Shown here: piece after piece, positions 36,602 through 46,438 of the stretch
Numbering within the stretch: the first letter of the stretch is position 1
Layout of the letters: the number at the start of each line of letters is the position of its first letter
From: Kiritimatiellia bacterium
GTDB taxonomy: Bacteria; Verrucomicrobiota; Kiritimatiellia; RFP12; UBA1067
Reading direction: 5' to 3'
Assembly (NCBI GenBank): GCA_045535455.1
Contig: JAZSLQ010000125.1
Coordinates: 1,894-65,893, forward strand
DNA length: 64,000 bases
Translations under genes and position numbers: made by a program
Notes under the pieces: generated by a model
What the model saw: the letters and a program-made list of their open reading frames with translations, nothing else
Told to the model about the DNA's origin: nothing
Database searches by the model: none

Positions 36602-39139
36602 ATGGTTAAGTCCGGCATAACTCAAGACGAGGTGATCTCGTGGGGCGGCGCAGAGGTGTTCAACCAGGCGCTGGCAATCGTCAATTCCGGCGACGTGAAG
36701 GATGTCGCCTACGACGACGAGACGCTTGAGATTCGCGGCAAGATCGAGCAGCCGAGCGGATGGGATATGCCGGTTTCGTTCTTTCTTAAGCCCGGCGGTC
36801 GCATAGAGTCGCATTGCCCCTGCGACACCAACAGGCGCTTCGGCATGGTGTGCCAGCACGTAGTGGCAGTGGGCTATGCTCTCGCCTTGAGCGAGATGGA
36901 CGATGTCGAGGAAGGGAAGCCACGCGGCGTGCGCGAGGAAGAGCCGGACGAGCCGCAGGAGGAAGAGGACTTCATCGAAGTCGAGACGAAGCCGAAGTTC
37001 TCGGCGTTCGTCGCCGGTTCGCGCGCGTCGCTTTCGATAGAGATTGACGCGCACTACGGCGAGATTGAGTTCCCGGTCTGTTCGGTGCAGAGTGCGCGGA
37101 CAGTCTATCTTCCCGATCCCGACGATCCGCTTGTGCGTCGTGTGCGCTCGATGAAGACGGAGCGCGAGGCGGTGAAGGCCGTCGAGAAGTGGGGCTTCTC
37201 TCCTGGATACAACGACGGCGACTTGCGGCTTTACATCACCGATCCGCAGAAGGTGCTCAACTTCCTCGGTGCGGGGCTTCCCGCTCTCCGGCGCAAGGGC
37301 TGGCGCATAGACCTCGCCGACAAACTGATGGAGCTTACGGACGCTATGCCGTCCGTCGTGCCTGTCGTCACGGTGCGCGACGCTCCGAACGGCGCGTTCG
37401 ACGTCTCCTATACTTTTGACGCGATGGGTTACGAGGTGTCGCCTGTCGAGATACAGGCCGCGCTGAACCGTGGCGACGGCTACATCATGAAGGACGGGGC
37501 AGTTGTCCTTCTCGACAACTCAGCTATTGAGGTGATGCACGGCGTATTTCGTGACTGTGCACCGTCGCAGAACGGTGCGGCGGCTGGATGGTTCCGCGTC
37601 GATTCCGTCCACGCGCCATACGTCAAGGCATCGCTCGATCTCCTTGACTGCATTGACCTCGACGATTCTGCCGCGCGGCGCTGGCGCGAGACTGCGGCAG
37701 CGAGGAACCGCGACTCCGGCGCGAAGTTCGAGCCAGTCGCGCTTGGTCCGCTCGACAACATCTTGAGGCCTTACCAGAAGCAAGGCGTATATTGGATGCG
37801 TTTTCTCGAGAACGCGGGGCTGTCGGGTCTTCTCGCAGACGAGATGGGTCTTGGAAAGACGCTACAGACTTTGACATGGCTCTCGCTCCCACACTCCTCC
37901 ACTCCACCACTCCCACACTCCTCCACTCATCTTCCCTCGCTCATTGTTTGCCCGACTTCGCTTGTCAGGAACTGGGAAGCGGAGGCGAAGAAGTTTACGC
38001 CGTGGCTAAAGGTCCTTGTTGTGTCTGGGCCTGATCGTGCTGACACCTTTGGGCTTATAGACGCGTCCGATGTCGTCGTCACTTCCTACGCGCTTCTCCA
38101 GCGTGACTTCGAGGACGCATATCTCGGACACAAGTTTTCCGCCGTCGTGCTCGACGAGGCGCAGCACATCAAGAACAGGCAGACGAAAAACGCGAAGTCT
38201 GTGAAGATGCTCGACGCCGAGCGGCGACTCGTTCTCACAGGCACGCCTGTGGAGAACTCGGTCGCTGACGTTTGGTCGATCTTCGACTTCCTCATGCCCG
38301 ACTACCTTGGCGACTACGAGACGTTCAAGGCGAATTTCGAGGAGCCGATTGCCGACGGCGGCGCGGCGGGAGAGGAGGCGCAGGCGCGGCTTAAGCGCAA
38401 GCTGCATCCTTTCATTATGCGTCGTCTCAAGAAGACTGTCGCGAAGGACCTTCCCGACAAGATTGTGAAGGTTTCCTACTGCCCGATGTCGGAGGACTCG
38501 CAGCGCGAATACAACGAGGCGCTTGCAAAGACGCGGCGTCAGGCGGGCGACGCGATACGCGAGAAGGGTTTTGCGAAGTCGAAGTTCGAGATACTTGCGA
38601 TGCTGATGAAGTTGCGGCAGATCGCGTCGCGCGCGAAACTCGATGCGTTCCTGGAACAGCTCGAGAGCGCGATAGAGGGCGGGCACAAGATCCTCGTCTT
38701 CTCGCAGTTCGTGAAGATGCTCGGGACGATAGCCGAGGAGCTGAAGGAACGCGGTGTGCCGTTCTGCTATCTCGATGGCTCGACGAAAGACCGCCTTGGC
38801 GAGTGCAACCGATTCAACCATTCGCCCGAGATACCGGTATTTCTCATCTCGCTTATGGCGGGCGGCACGGGTCTCAACCTCACTGGCGCCGACATGGTGA
38901 TGCACTACGACCCGTGGTGGAACCCTGCGGTAGAAGACCAGGCGACGGATCGCGCCCACCGCATCGGGCAGAAGAAGACGGTCTACGTCATGAAGATGAT
39001 TGCGTCGGGTTCAATCGAAGAGAAGGTTCTCGCGCTTCAGCGTCGCAAGCAGGCGGTGATTTCCGCGACAGTCTCGACGACCGACGAGGCGGTAATGGAG
39101 CGCCTCACCGCCGACGACCTCGCCTCGCTCCTGTCGTAG
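36602..39139 (+). CDS. SNF2-family helicase with an N-terminal SWIM zinc finger
   Basis: SWIM motif CPCDTNRRFGMVCQHV. SNF2 motif I LADEMGLGKTLQ. DEAQHIKN and the helicase C-terminal blocks are present. Contains an in-frame duplicated PHSST segment. Confidence 0.85.
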   Translation: MVKSGITQDEVISWGGAEVFNQALAIVNSGDVKDVAYDDETLEIRGKIEQPSGWDMPVSFFLKPGGRIESHCPCDTNRRFGMVCQHVVAVGYALALSEMDDVEEGKPRGVREEEPDEPQEEEDFIEVETKPKFSAFVAGSRASLSIEIDAHYGEIEFPVCSVQSARTVYLPDPDDPLVRRVRSMKTEREAVKAVEKWGFSPGYNDGDLRLYITDPQKVLNFLGAGLPALRRKGWRIDLADKLMELTDAMPSVVPVVTVRDAPNGAFDVSYTFDAMGYEVSPVEIQAALNRGDGYIMKDGAVVLLDNSAIEVMHGVFRDCAPSQNGAAAGWFRVDSVHAPYVKASLDLLDCIDLDDSAARRWRETAAARNRDSGAKFEPVALGPLDNILRPYQKQGVYWMRFLENAGLSGLLADEMGLGKTLQTLTWLSLPHSSTPPLPHSSTHLPSLIVCPTSLVRNWEAEAKKFTPWLKVLVVSGPDRADTFGLIDASDVVVTSYALLQRDFEDAYLGHKFSAVVLDEAQHIKNRQTKNAKSVKMLDAERRLVLTGTPVENSVADVWSIFDFLMPDYLGDYETFKANFEEPIADGGAAGEEAQARLKRKLHPFIMRRLKKTVAKDLPDKIVKVSYCPMSEDSQREYNEALAKTRRQAGDAIREKGFAKSKFEILAMLMKLRQIASRAKLDAFLEQLESAIEGGHKILVFSQFVKMLGTIAEELKERGVPFCYLDGSTKDRLGECNRFNHSPEIPVFLISLMAGGTGLNLTGADMVMHYDPWWNPAVEDQATDRAHRIGQKKTVYVMKMIASGSIEEKVLALQRRKQAVISATVSTTDEAVMERLTADDLASLLS
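37887..37928 (+). repeat. imperfect 24-nt tandem duplication (TCCCACACTCCTCCACTC twice) inside the SNF2 helicase gene
   Basis: Two 18-nt identical cores are separated by caccac. They encode PHSSTPPL and PHSSTHLP between helicase motif I and motif Ia. Confidence 0.8.
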
Positions 39140-39191
39140 CGAGTAAGCTACCGCAATGGTCCACGAACGATCGCTCGGCCAATGTTGAATT

Positions 39192-39200
39192 TGCTATAAT
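39192..39200 (+). promoter_or_regulatory. extended -10 promoter TGCTATAAT upstream of rmuC
   Basis: GGGAGG Shine-Dalgarno at 39225-39230 and the ATG at 39239. Confidence 0.4.
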
Positions 39201-39238
39201 ATAGCCATGAAAATCAAGGTTGCTATGGGAGGTGGACA

Positions 39239-40387
39239 ATGATCGTCCTGGTTGGCGTTGGCGCGGCGCTTGTGGCGGCTGTAGTTGTCTATGCCCTGAT
39301 GCGCGGCGCAATTGCCGCGGCAAGAGCAGAGGCACGCGCGACGGATAGGAGCGTGGAGGGTCTTCGCGCCGAGTTCGCGTCTCTCGCGGCGGCGACTCTC
39401 GAAGGCAAGGCCAAGTCGCTAGCCGAGCAGAACGCCGCGCAGGTGCGCCCGCTCTTCGAACAGCTTGCCACGCGCTTCGGCGAGCTTCGCCAGGCGTCGG
39501 AGCAGGCACGAGAGGCGAACGTGCGTCTCGGGGAAAGTCTCAAGGTCAAGCTCGACGAAGTCGGTCTCAAGGCGCAGTCGCTCGGTCGCCAGGCGGATGA
39601 GTTCGTCGCCGCGCTCAAGGGTAGCAACAAGAGTCAGGGAAACTGGGGCGAGGGAATCGTGAGAAATGTCCTTGAGAGCGCGGGACTTAGACCTGGTACA
39701 GACTTCATCGAGCAGCAGGGCTCAAATGACGCGTTGCCCGACTTCACCATCCTCGACGGGATACACCGCAAGATCCTCATCGACTCGAAGGTGAACATCG
39801 ACGCCTTTCTCGCCGCTGACGAGGCGGAGAGGGAGAACCGCCCCGAGGACGCGGCGAAGTTCCGCGCCGAGCATGCGAAGAGGGTGCGGGTGCAGATCGT
39901 GAACTTGTCAGACAAGAAGTATCCCGAACGGCTCAAGGCGCACGATGCCGACGCCGAAGCGGATTACTCGCCCGTCGTAATCATGGCCATGCCGAGCGAG
40001 GCGACGTATTCGGCGGCCATCTCCGCAGACCCGCAGCTCGTGGCGTTTGCAAACGAACGCGCCGTGGTGCTTGCATCGCCTCAGATGCTCTTCGGCTATC
40101 TCGTTCTCTTCAAGATCGGCATGGACCGGCTGAAGGTCGACCGCAACAACCAGGAAATCGCCAACCGCGCGAGGCAGCTCTTGGAGCGCATGGATGCCGC
40201 GTTCGCCGCTCTCGAAAAGGTCGGCAAGTCACTTGGAGTCGCGCAGGATCAGTATCACGAGGCCATGCGTAAGCTCGGGGGCGAAGAGGGCGGGCAGAAT
40301 ATTCTCGCGCCTGCGCGTGCGCTTGCGAAACTTGCCACGACAACGAGAAAGTGCGCGTCGCTCGCAATGCAGCAGCCACAGGAGTGA
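39239..40387 (+). CDS. rmuC: DNA recombination protein RmuC
   Basis: An N-terminal TM segment and a coiled coil, followed by the RmuC C-terminal block (NWGEGIVRNVLE...LIDSKV...). Confidence 0.75.
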   Translation: MIVLVGVGAALVAAVVVYALMRGAIAAARAEARATDRSVEGLRAEFASLAAATLEGKAKSLAEQNAAQVRPLFEQLATRFGELRQASEQAREANVRLGESLKVKLDEVGLKAQSLGRQADEFVAALKGSNKSQGNWGEGIVRNVLESAGLRPGTDFIEQQGSNDALPDFTILDGIHRKILIDSKVNIDAFLAADEAERENRPEDAAKFRAEHAKRVRVQIVNLSDKKYPERLKAHDADAEADYSPVVIMAMPSEATYSAAISADPQLVAFANERAVVLASPQMLFGYLVLFKIGMDRLKVDRNNQEIANRARQLLERMDAAFAALEKVGKSLGVAQDQYHEAMRKLGGEEGGQNILAPARALAKLATTTRKCASLAMQQPQE

Positions 40388-40444
40388 CGTCCCGTTTGCG
40401 CGGCGAAAAATTGCGCTGGCTTCTTGCCGCAAAAGGACATTAAA

Positions 40445-40453
40445 TGGTATAAT
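40445..40453 (+). promoter_or_regulatory. extended -10 promoter TGGTATAAT
   Basis: Located upstream of the FMN-binding protein gene whose ATG is at 40481. Confidence 0.4.
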
Positions 40454-40480
40454 TGCCCCTACTTACCGGAGCTTTAACAA

Positions 40481-40936
40481 ATGAAAAAAATCATCGGACT
40501 CGTAGTCAGCTTAACAATCATCAGCGGCGTATGTGCCGCAGTGCTCGCGTATGTCAATTCCATCACTGCCGATCCGATCAAGGCGACGGCCGAGAAGGCG
40601 AAGGAGGCCGCGAAGCTCGCCGTCCTCTGCGGCGAGGAAGGATACACCGCCGAGGGTCGCTCCAACGAAGGGTACGGCGGCGACATCGTCCTCATGGTCG
40701 GCTTCAAGAAGGACAAGAAGACGGTCATTTCCTACAAGGTGCTTCAGGCGACCGAGACCCCCGGCCTCGGCATGAAGCTCAAGACGCCCGAATTTGCCGA
40801 CCAGTTCGCCGGCAAGGACGGCTCTTCTCTCAAGGTGAAGAAGGACGGCGGCGAGATCGAGGCGATCACGTCCGCGACGATCACATCCCGCGCAGTCTGC
40901 AAGGCCATTGCCGACGCGCAGAAGAAGCTTCAGTAA
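40481..40936 (+). CDS. exported FMN-binding domain protein (RnfG/NqrC-like)
   Basis: A signal peptide, then TETPGLG and EIEAITSATITSRAV, the FMN-attachment Thr motif. Confidence 0.6.
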   Translation: MKKIIGLVVSLTIISGVCAAVLAYVNSITADPIKATAEKAKEAAKLAVLCGEEGYTAEGRSNEGYGGDIVLMVGFKKDKKTVISYKVLQATETPGLGMKLKTPEFADQFAGKDGSSLKVKKDGGEIEAITSATITSRAVCKAIADAQKKLQ

Positions 40937-40991
40937 GCAGGCGGCCCGCCCGAAGAGGGCTTTGCCGCAGTATCACGAAAGGACAAGGTCA

Positions 40992-42422
40992 ATGGCCTCG
41001 AAAAAGACGTTCATAAACGACGACTTCCTTCTCACGACAAAGGCGGCTAAGGAGCTCTATCACCGCCACGCAGAGAAGATGCCCATCATCGACTACCACT
41101 GCCATCTCCCGCCGGTGGAGATTGCGGAGGACAAGCGCTGGGACGATATCGCAGACGTGTGGCTTGGCGGCGACCACTACAAGTGGCGCCAGATGAGGTC
41201 GAACGGCTTTGAGGAACGGCTCTGCTCTGGGCGCGGCAAGGATGGCTGCGCATCTGGCTGGGAGAAGTTCGAGGCGTTCGCGAAGTCGATGGAGCGCATG
41301 GTCAAGAACCCGCTCTTCGACTGGTCGCATCTCGAGCTCGCGCGTTATTTCGGCGTGACCGAGCGCCTCTCGGGGGCGAGCGCGAAGCGCATCTACGAGA
41401 AGTGCAATCGCCAGTTAAAGGCGAAGTGGTTCTCCGCGCGCGGGCTCATGAAGAAGTCGAACGTCAAGGTCGTCTGCACGACGGACGATCCGGTTGACTC
41501 GCTCGAGCACCATCTCGCGATTGCGAAAAAGCCGTTCTGGACGCAGATACGCCCTGCGTGGCGCAGCGACAAGGCGTCGAAGGTCGAGAACCTGAAGGCC
41601 TGGAACGAGTGGATCGACAAGCTCTCCAAGGCCGCGAAGATGCCGGTCAAGACGATGGACGACTTCCGCGAGGCGATGGCGAAGCGCCATGCTTTCTTCG
41701 AGAAGGCGGGGTGCGTCGTTTCCGACTACGGCATAACCGAGGTCTTCGCCGCTCCCTACACCGAGGCCGAGCTCAAGGCGATCTTCAAGAAGGCGAGAGC
41801 CGGCAAGAAGCTCACGCCGCAGGAGGCGCTCAAGTTCAAGAGCGCGTGGCTCTACGAAGGGCTTAAGGCCGACGCGAAGTCGAACTGGTCCACGCAGCTC
41901 CACTACAACTGCCTGCGCGACCTCAACGGCGCGATGTACGACGTGATGGGGCCCGACACCGGCTTCGACGCGATCGGCGACTGGTCCGTCACAGAGTCGC
42001 TTGCGCGTCTCTTCGACCGCCTCGAGCGCGAAGACTCGCTCCCGCGCTGCATCCTCTACTCCCTCAACCCGAAGGACAACGAGATGCTTGCGACTGTCAT
42101 GGGGTGCTTCCAGAAGGCCCCGTACCGCGGCAAGATACAGCTCGGCGCGGCGTGGTGGTTCCTTGACCAGAAGGACGGCATGAGAAAGCAGATCGAGGCG
42201 CTCGCGGCGCTCGGCTCTCTCGGCAACTTCGTTGGCATGCTCACCGACTCGCGCTCGTTCCTCAGCTACACGCGCCACGAGTACTTCCGCCGCCTCCTCT
42301 GCCAGAAGCTTGGCGAGGAAGTCGAGAAGGGCGAGATCCCGAACGACCTCAAGTGGCTTGGCGGTATCGTCGAGGACATCTCGTTCAACAACGCCAACCG
42401 CTACTTTGGATTTGGCGCATGA
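40992..42422 (+). CDS. uxaC: glucuronate (uronate) isomerase
   Basis: Matches E. coli UxaC along its length, including IIDYHCHLPP, GDHYKWRQMRSNG and MLTDSRSFLSYTRHEYFRR. Confidence 0.93.
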   Translation: MASKKTFINDDFLLTTKAAKELYHRHAEKMPIIDYHCHLPPVEIAEDKRWDDIADVWLGGDHYKWRQMRSNGFEERLCSGRGKDGCASGWEKFEAFAKSMERMVKNPLFDWSHLELARYFGVTERLSGASAKRIYEKCNRQLKAKWFSARGLMKKSNVKVVCTTDDPVDSLEHHLAIAKKPFWTQIRPAWRSDKASKVENLKAWNEWIDKLSKAAKMPVKTMDDFREAMAKRHAFFEKAGCVVSDYGITEVFAAPYTEAELKAIFKKARAGKKLTPQEALKFKSAWLYEGLKADAKSNWSTQLHYNCLRDLNGAMYDVMGPDTGFDAIGDWSVTESLARLFDRLEREDSLPRCILYSLNPKDNEMLATVMGCFQKAPYRGKIQLGAAWWFLDQKDGMRKQIEALAALGSLGNFVGMLTDSRSFLSYTRHEYFRRLLCQKLGEEVEKGEIPNDLKWLGGIVEDISFNNANRYFGFGA

Positions 42423-43780
42423 TAATCAATCCGAGCGACAACGTCGAGATTCGCGAGGACGGGCACAAGTACGCTCTCCGCGACATTGCCGAGGGCGAGA
42501 ACGTCGTCAAGTACGGCATGCCTATTGGCCACGCGACAAAGCCGATTGCGAAGGGCGAGCACGTCCACGTCCATAACGTCAAGACGAACCTCGGTGAAGT
42601 CCTCGAATACAAATACGAGCCGGACGAGGCCGCGATCAACGGTTGGAAGACTGTCGAGCCGAAGGAGACTTTCCTCGGCTACCGCCACGCCGACGGGCGC
42701 GTCGGTATTCGCAACGACATCTGGGTCATTCCCCTCGTCGGCTGCGTGAACCGCCTCGCAGAGCGTCTCGCGCAGTCGTGCGGCGGGCTTGCGCTGACGC
42801 ACCCCTACGGATGCTCGCAGATGGGCAAGGACCACGAGACGACGGCGAACATGCTCGCGCAGTTCTGCCATCACCCGAACGCGGGCGGCGTGCTCGTCGT
42901 CTCTCTCGGCTGCGAGAACAACACGCTTGAGTCGTTCAAGGCTCGGCTCGGCGACTATTCGTCGCTAAACATCCGCTTTATGAGGGCTCAGGACCCGGGC
43001 GACGAATATGAACGCGGGCTTGAGCTTCTCAAGGAACTCGACGCGGCGCGTCCTAAGGAGCGCGTCGAAGTCTCGGTGCGGGAGCTCGTCGTTGGTTTGA
43101 AGTGCGGCGGATCAGACGGTTTTTCAGGGCTCACCGCGAATCCGCTCGTCGGGCGTTTTTCCGACTGGCTCGCCGCGCGTGGCGGCGCGACGGTGCTCAC
43201 CGAGGTTCCGGAGATGTTCGGCGCGGAGACGCTTTTGATGAAGCGTTGCCGCACGCGTGCCGTCTTTGACAAGTGCGTCGAGATGATCAACGGCTTCAAG
43301 GACTACTACACCTCGCACAACCAGGTGTGCTACGAGAACCCGAGCCCCGGCAACAAGGCGGGCGGCATCACGACGCTCGAGGACAAGTCGCTCGGCTGCA
43401 TCCAGAAGGGCGGCTCGTCGCCAGTTGAGGACGTGCTCCTGTACGGCGAGAGCGTGAAGGCGCACGGACTTTCGCTCATGACGGGCCCCGGCAACGATCT
43501 CGTCGCGTCAACGGTGCTCGCCGCGGCGGGCTGCCACTTGATCCTCTTCACGACGGGGCGCGGCACTCCCTTCGGGTGCGTCATTCCTACGATGAAGGTG
43601 GCGACGAACAACACGCTCGCCGCGAACAAGTCCAACTGGATTGATTGGAACGCAATGTCGAATCCCGACGTCGAGGAGTTCGCTAAGAAGGTCCTCGCCG
43701 TCGCCTCGGGCGAGAAGGCGAAGAACGAACTTTCAGGCGCACAGGGCATCGCAATCTTCAAGGACGGCGTTACGCTGTAG
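42419..43780 (+). CDS. uxaA: altronate dehydratase
   Basis: The start overlaps the uxaC stop. Matches E. coli UxaA, including GEHVHVHN, TVLTEVPEMFGAE, ENPSPGNKAGGITTLEDKSLGC and the C-terminal FKDGVTL. Confidence 0.92.
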   Translation: MIINPSDNVEIREDGHKYALRDIAEGENVVKYGMPIGHATKPIAKGEHVHVHNVKTNLGEVLEYKYEPDEAAINGWKTVEPKETFLGYRHADGRVGIRNDIWVIPLVGCVNRLAERLAQSCGGLALTHPYGCSQMGKDHETTANMLAQFCHHPNAGGVLVVSLGCENNTLESFKARLGDYSSLNIRFMRAQDPGDEYERGLELLKELDAARPKERVEVSVRELVVGLKCGGSDGFSGLTANPLVGRFSDWLAARGGATVLTEVPEMFGAETLLMKRCRTRAVFDKCVEMINGFKDYYTSHNQVCYENPSPGNKAGGITTLEDKSLGCIQKGGSSPVEDVLLYGESVKAHGLSLMTGPGNDLVASTVLAAAGCHLILFTTGRGTPFGCVIPTMKVATNNTLAANKSNWIDWNAMSNPDVEEFAKKVLAVASGEKAKNELSGAQGIAIFKDGVTL

Positions 43781-43790
43781 GCGGGCGGGG

Positions 43791-44828
43791 ATGAGGGTCT
43801 TCGCTCTTCTCCTCATGGTGCTTTTGGCGAGTGGCGCATCGGCCCTCGACATCTCCAGTCGCTACCGAAGCCCCCGCAACCCCGAGCGGAGAGTGCGCAA
43901 GACCACCGAGCTCATCGTGCTTCACACGACAGAGGCGCCGGAGCGTAGTTCCCTCAACAAGCTGTGCGACCGCGGCGAGGCGCACTATTGCGTAACCGAG
44001 GTCGGCAATATCTACCGCATCGTCGACCGCGACCGAGTGGCATTCCACGCCGGGCGCTCGATGTGGAACGGCAAGGAGGATGTAGATGAGTTCTCCATCG
44101 GAATCGAGTGCGTCGGTTACCACGACAAGGCGATGGGCATGGCGCAGATCAAGGCGATACACGACCTCGTTAAGGAACTGCAGAAGATGTACAAGATTCC
44201 TGATGAGCGCGTAGTTTGCCACAGCCATGTCGCCTATGGCGCACCGAACAAGTGGCAGAAGAAGAACCACCGCGGCAGGAAACGCTGTGGGATGCTTTTC
44301 GCAATGCCGTCGGTGCGTGCGCAACTCGGGCTTGCGAGGCGTCCGGCGAGCGATGCCGACGTGCGCGCGAAGCGACTCGTCGTCGGAGACGACTACTTGA
44401 GGCGAGTCCTCTACGGGAACGTTGACACGATGAAGTCTTCCTACCCGAAAACTCCTTCGCAGTCGCAGGGGCAGGAAGGCGGAGGGCTCCTCGCGTGGCT
44501 GCGCGGGGGTCCGAAGAAGGCCGACACTAAGAAACCCGACGCTGGGAAGACACAGATATCGGCGAAGAACCCGAAGGATCATAAGAAACTTGTTCCTGCT
44601 TTAGTCACGCCAGTTACGCCGCAAGCGCCGCCGAAGTCAATAGCCGAGCTCAAGGCCAGGGGCTATGTGCTCAAGGGGTCGGTCACGAAGGGCGTAACGG
44701 CGAGCAAGATAGCGGGTGGCCGCTGGAATTCGAAGGACACTTACTACACCATTCGCAACAAGGTGATTCCAGGCGACGCAATCGATCCGGCGCGCATCGA
44801 GAACGGGATGGGCATTTGGATGAAGTGA
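43791..44828 (+). CDS. N-acetylmuramoyl-L-alanine amidase (amidase_2/PGRP fold, AmpD/AmiD-like) with a C-terminal extension
   Basis: Signal peptide present. IVLHTTEAP...HYCV...GIECVGYHD...CHSHVA is the amidase_2 zinc-ligand pattern. Confidence 0.7.
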   Translation: MRVFALLLMVLLASGASALDISSRYRSPRNPERRVRKTTELIVLHTTEAPERSSLNKLCDRGEAHYCVTEVGNIYRIVDRDRVAFHAGRSMWNGKEDVDEFSIGIECVGYHDKAMGMAQIKAIHDLVKELQKMYKIPDERVVCHSHVAYGAPNKWQKKNHRGRKRCGMLFAMPSVRAQLGLARRPASDADVRAKRLVVGDDYLRRVLYGNVDTMKSSYPKTPSQSQGQEGGGLLAWLRGGPKKADTKKPDAGKTQISAKNPKDHKKLVPALVTPVTPQAPPKSIAELKARGYVLKGSVTKGVTASKIAGGRWNSKDTYYTIRNKVIPGDAIDPARIENGMGIWMK

Positions 44829-44833
44829 GCTAT

Positions 44834-44862
44834 TGACGCCAGCGGACGGGTTTTGATATACT
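44834..44862 (+). promoter_or_regulatory. sigma-70 promoter TTGACG-17-TATACT driving the tRNA pair
   Basis: -35 at 44834-44839, -10 at 44857-44862. The tRNA starts 19 nt downstream. Confidence 0.6.
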
Positions 44863-44880
44863 ATCCACTCACAAGTCATG

Positions 44881-44956
44881 GCCAGGTTAGCACAGTTGGT
44901 AGTGCGGCTCATTCGTAATGAGCAGGTCGGGGGTTCGAGTCCCTTACCTGGCTCCA
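44881..44956 (+). tRNA. tRNA-Thr, anticodon CGU
   Basis: Cloverleaf with a fully Watson-Crick acceptor stem GCCAGGT/ACCTGGC, anticodon loop TTCGTAA, T-loop TTCGAGT and an encoded CCA. Confidence 0.85.
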
Positions 44957-44960
44957 AGAT

Positions 44961-45038
44961 GGCGGGAGTAGATCAATTGGTTAGATCAACAGATTGTGAT
45001 TCTGTGGGTTGCGGGTTCGAGTCCCGTCTCCTGCCCCA
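44961..45038 (+). tRNA. tRNA-His, anticodon GUG, with an encoded G-1
   Basis: An extra 5' G pairs with discriminator C73. Anticodon loop TTGTGAT, T-loop TTCGAGT and an encoded CCA. Confidence 0.85.
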
Positions 45039-45068
45039 GGCGAGAAACTTAGGGAGAGGGGATTGTAG

Positions 45069-45773
45069 ATGACAGTCGTTCAGTCTTTGATTGATCTTCA
45101 GGAAGTTGATGGGCGCATTCGCGAGCTTGAGCTCGAGTTAAAGGATCTCCCCCGCCGCAAGGCTCAGGAAACAGCGCGGCTTTCGGGCGTTTCTGCCGAT
45201 CTTCAGGCGGCGAAGACGAATCAGGAGCTCGCCAACCAGCGAGTCAAGGGCTTTGAGGAAGACGCGAAGGCGCTTAGGGAGAAGATTCAGCAGCTTAAGA
45301 CGACCCAGATGGGGCTCAAGTCGAACAAGGAGTACCAGCAGTACTCGATTCAGATCGATCTTGTCTCCCACGACCTCGAGACGACCGAGAACAGTCAGCT
45401 CGCCGCGATGGACGACCTTCCTTCGGCCGAGGCCAGGATTGCCGATGCGCAGGCAAAGTTCGATCAGGAGGCGGGCGGCGTCAAGGCGTTTTGCGACGAA
45501 ATCGACGAGCGCATCGCGGCGGTGACGGCAGAGCTCGCGGAGGCCCAGAAGGAGCGCGCCGAGAAGGCGAAGCTTGTGACGGACCCGCGCTTCATGCTCT
45601 ACTACGAGCGCCTGCGCACGAAGAGGTGGCCGGTTGTCGTCACGCTTACCCACGACGGTGTGTGCGACGGTTGCCATCTCGTCCAGCCGCCGAGCGTGTC
45701 GCAGCTCGTCGACCACAATGCGGGCCTCGTCGCCTGCACGATGTGCGGTCGCATCCTGTATCGCGATATTTGA
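45069..45773 (+). CDS. C4-type zinc-ribbon protein with an N-terminal coiled coil (COG1579-like)
   Basis: A long coiled coil is followed by CDGCHL...ACTMCGRIL, four Cys in a zinc-ribbon arrangement. Confidence 0.65.
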   Translation: MTVVQSLIDLQEVDGRIRELELELKDLPRRKAQETARLSGVSADLQAAKTNQELANQRVKGFEEDAKALREKIQQLKTTQMGLKSNKEYQQYSIQIDLVSHDLETTENSQLAAMDDLPSAEARIADAQAKFDQEAGGVKAFCDEIDERIAAVTAELAEAQKERAEKAKLVTDPRFMLYYERLRTKRWPVVVTLTHDGVCDGCHLVQPPSVSQLVDHNAGLVACTMCGRILYRDI

Positions 45774-45784
45774 CAATTTCTCCT

Positions 45785-46238
45785 GAAGCGGCGCGCGAGC
45801 GACCGGTCGCTGCCGCAAGGCAGAGGAAAGTCCGGACTCCGCAGGGCAGAGGATCCGCTCGTCAAGGGCGGAGGGCGCACGGCAATCGTGCGTGACGGAA
45901 AGTGCCACAGAGAATAGACGGCGAAGGGTTCGCGTAGCGAGGAAGAAATTCCGAGCGCGGGAGCGAGTGAGCAAGGGCGCAAGCCCGAACGGAACGAACG
46001 ACCAAGCGAGCTCCGCAATGGTGAAAGGGCGGTGTAAGAGACCACCGGCGCGGCTGAAACGCCGCGCGCAGGGCAAACCCTCCTCGGAGCAAGATCAAAT
46101 AGGGGATCGAACGGGCGGCCCGCTCGGTTGGCGCCGTAAAGGATGCCATGAGATTCCGGGTTGATTGCTTAGAGGAATGACCGGAGCACGCCGCAAGGCG
46201 TGTGAACAGAATCTGGCTTACTCGCCGCGCGCCGCTTC
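45785..46238 (+). ncRNA. rnpB: RNase P RNA, bacterial type A
   Basis: GAGGAAAGTCCGGACTCC, GACGGAAAGTGCCACAGAGAA, GCAAACCCTCCTCGGAGCAAG and ACAGAATCTGGCTTA are present. P1 is closed by GAAGCGGCGCGCGAG paired with CTCGCCGCGCGCCGCTTC. Confidence 0.88.
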
Positions 46239-46276
46239 AGGAGAAAGCTTTTGCAGGGAATCCTGCATTTGGAAGG

Positions 46277-46351
46277 GTGGGCGATACTGGACTCGGACCA
46301 GTGACCCCTACCGTGTGAAGGTAATGCTCTAACCAACTGAGCTAATCGCCC
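46277..46351 (-). tRNA. tRNA-Val, anticodon CAC
   Basis: Reverse complement GGGCGATTAGCTCAGTTGGTTAGAGC...TTCACAC...TCCGAGT...ATCGCCCACC. CCA is not fully encoded. Confidence 0.85.
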
Positions 46352-46420
46352 GGGGTGAAAACGCGGATAGTATACCATACTCTGCCGATGCTTTCAAGTA
46401 GCCGCCGACACCGAATTATA

Positions 46421-46429
46421 TGATATAAT
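46421..46429 (+). promoter_or_regulatory. extended -10 promoter TGATATAAT, near-leaderless
   Basis: Ends 9 nt before the ATG at 46439. Confidence 0.4.
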
Positions 46430-46438
46430 ATTCCAACT

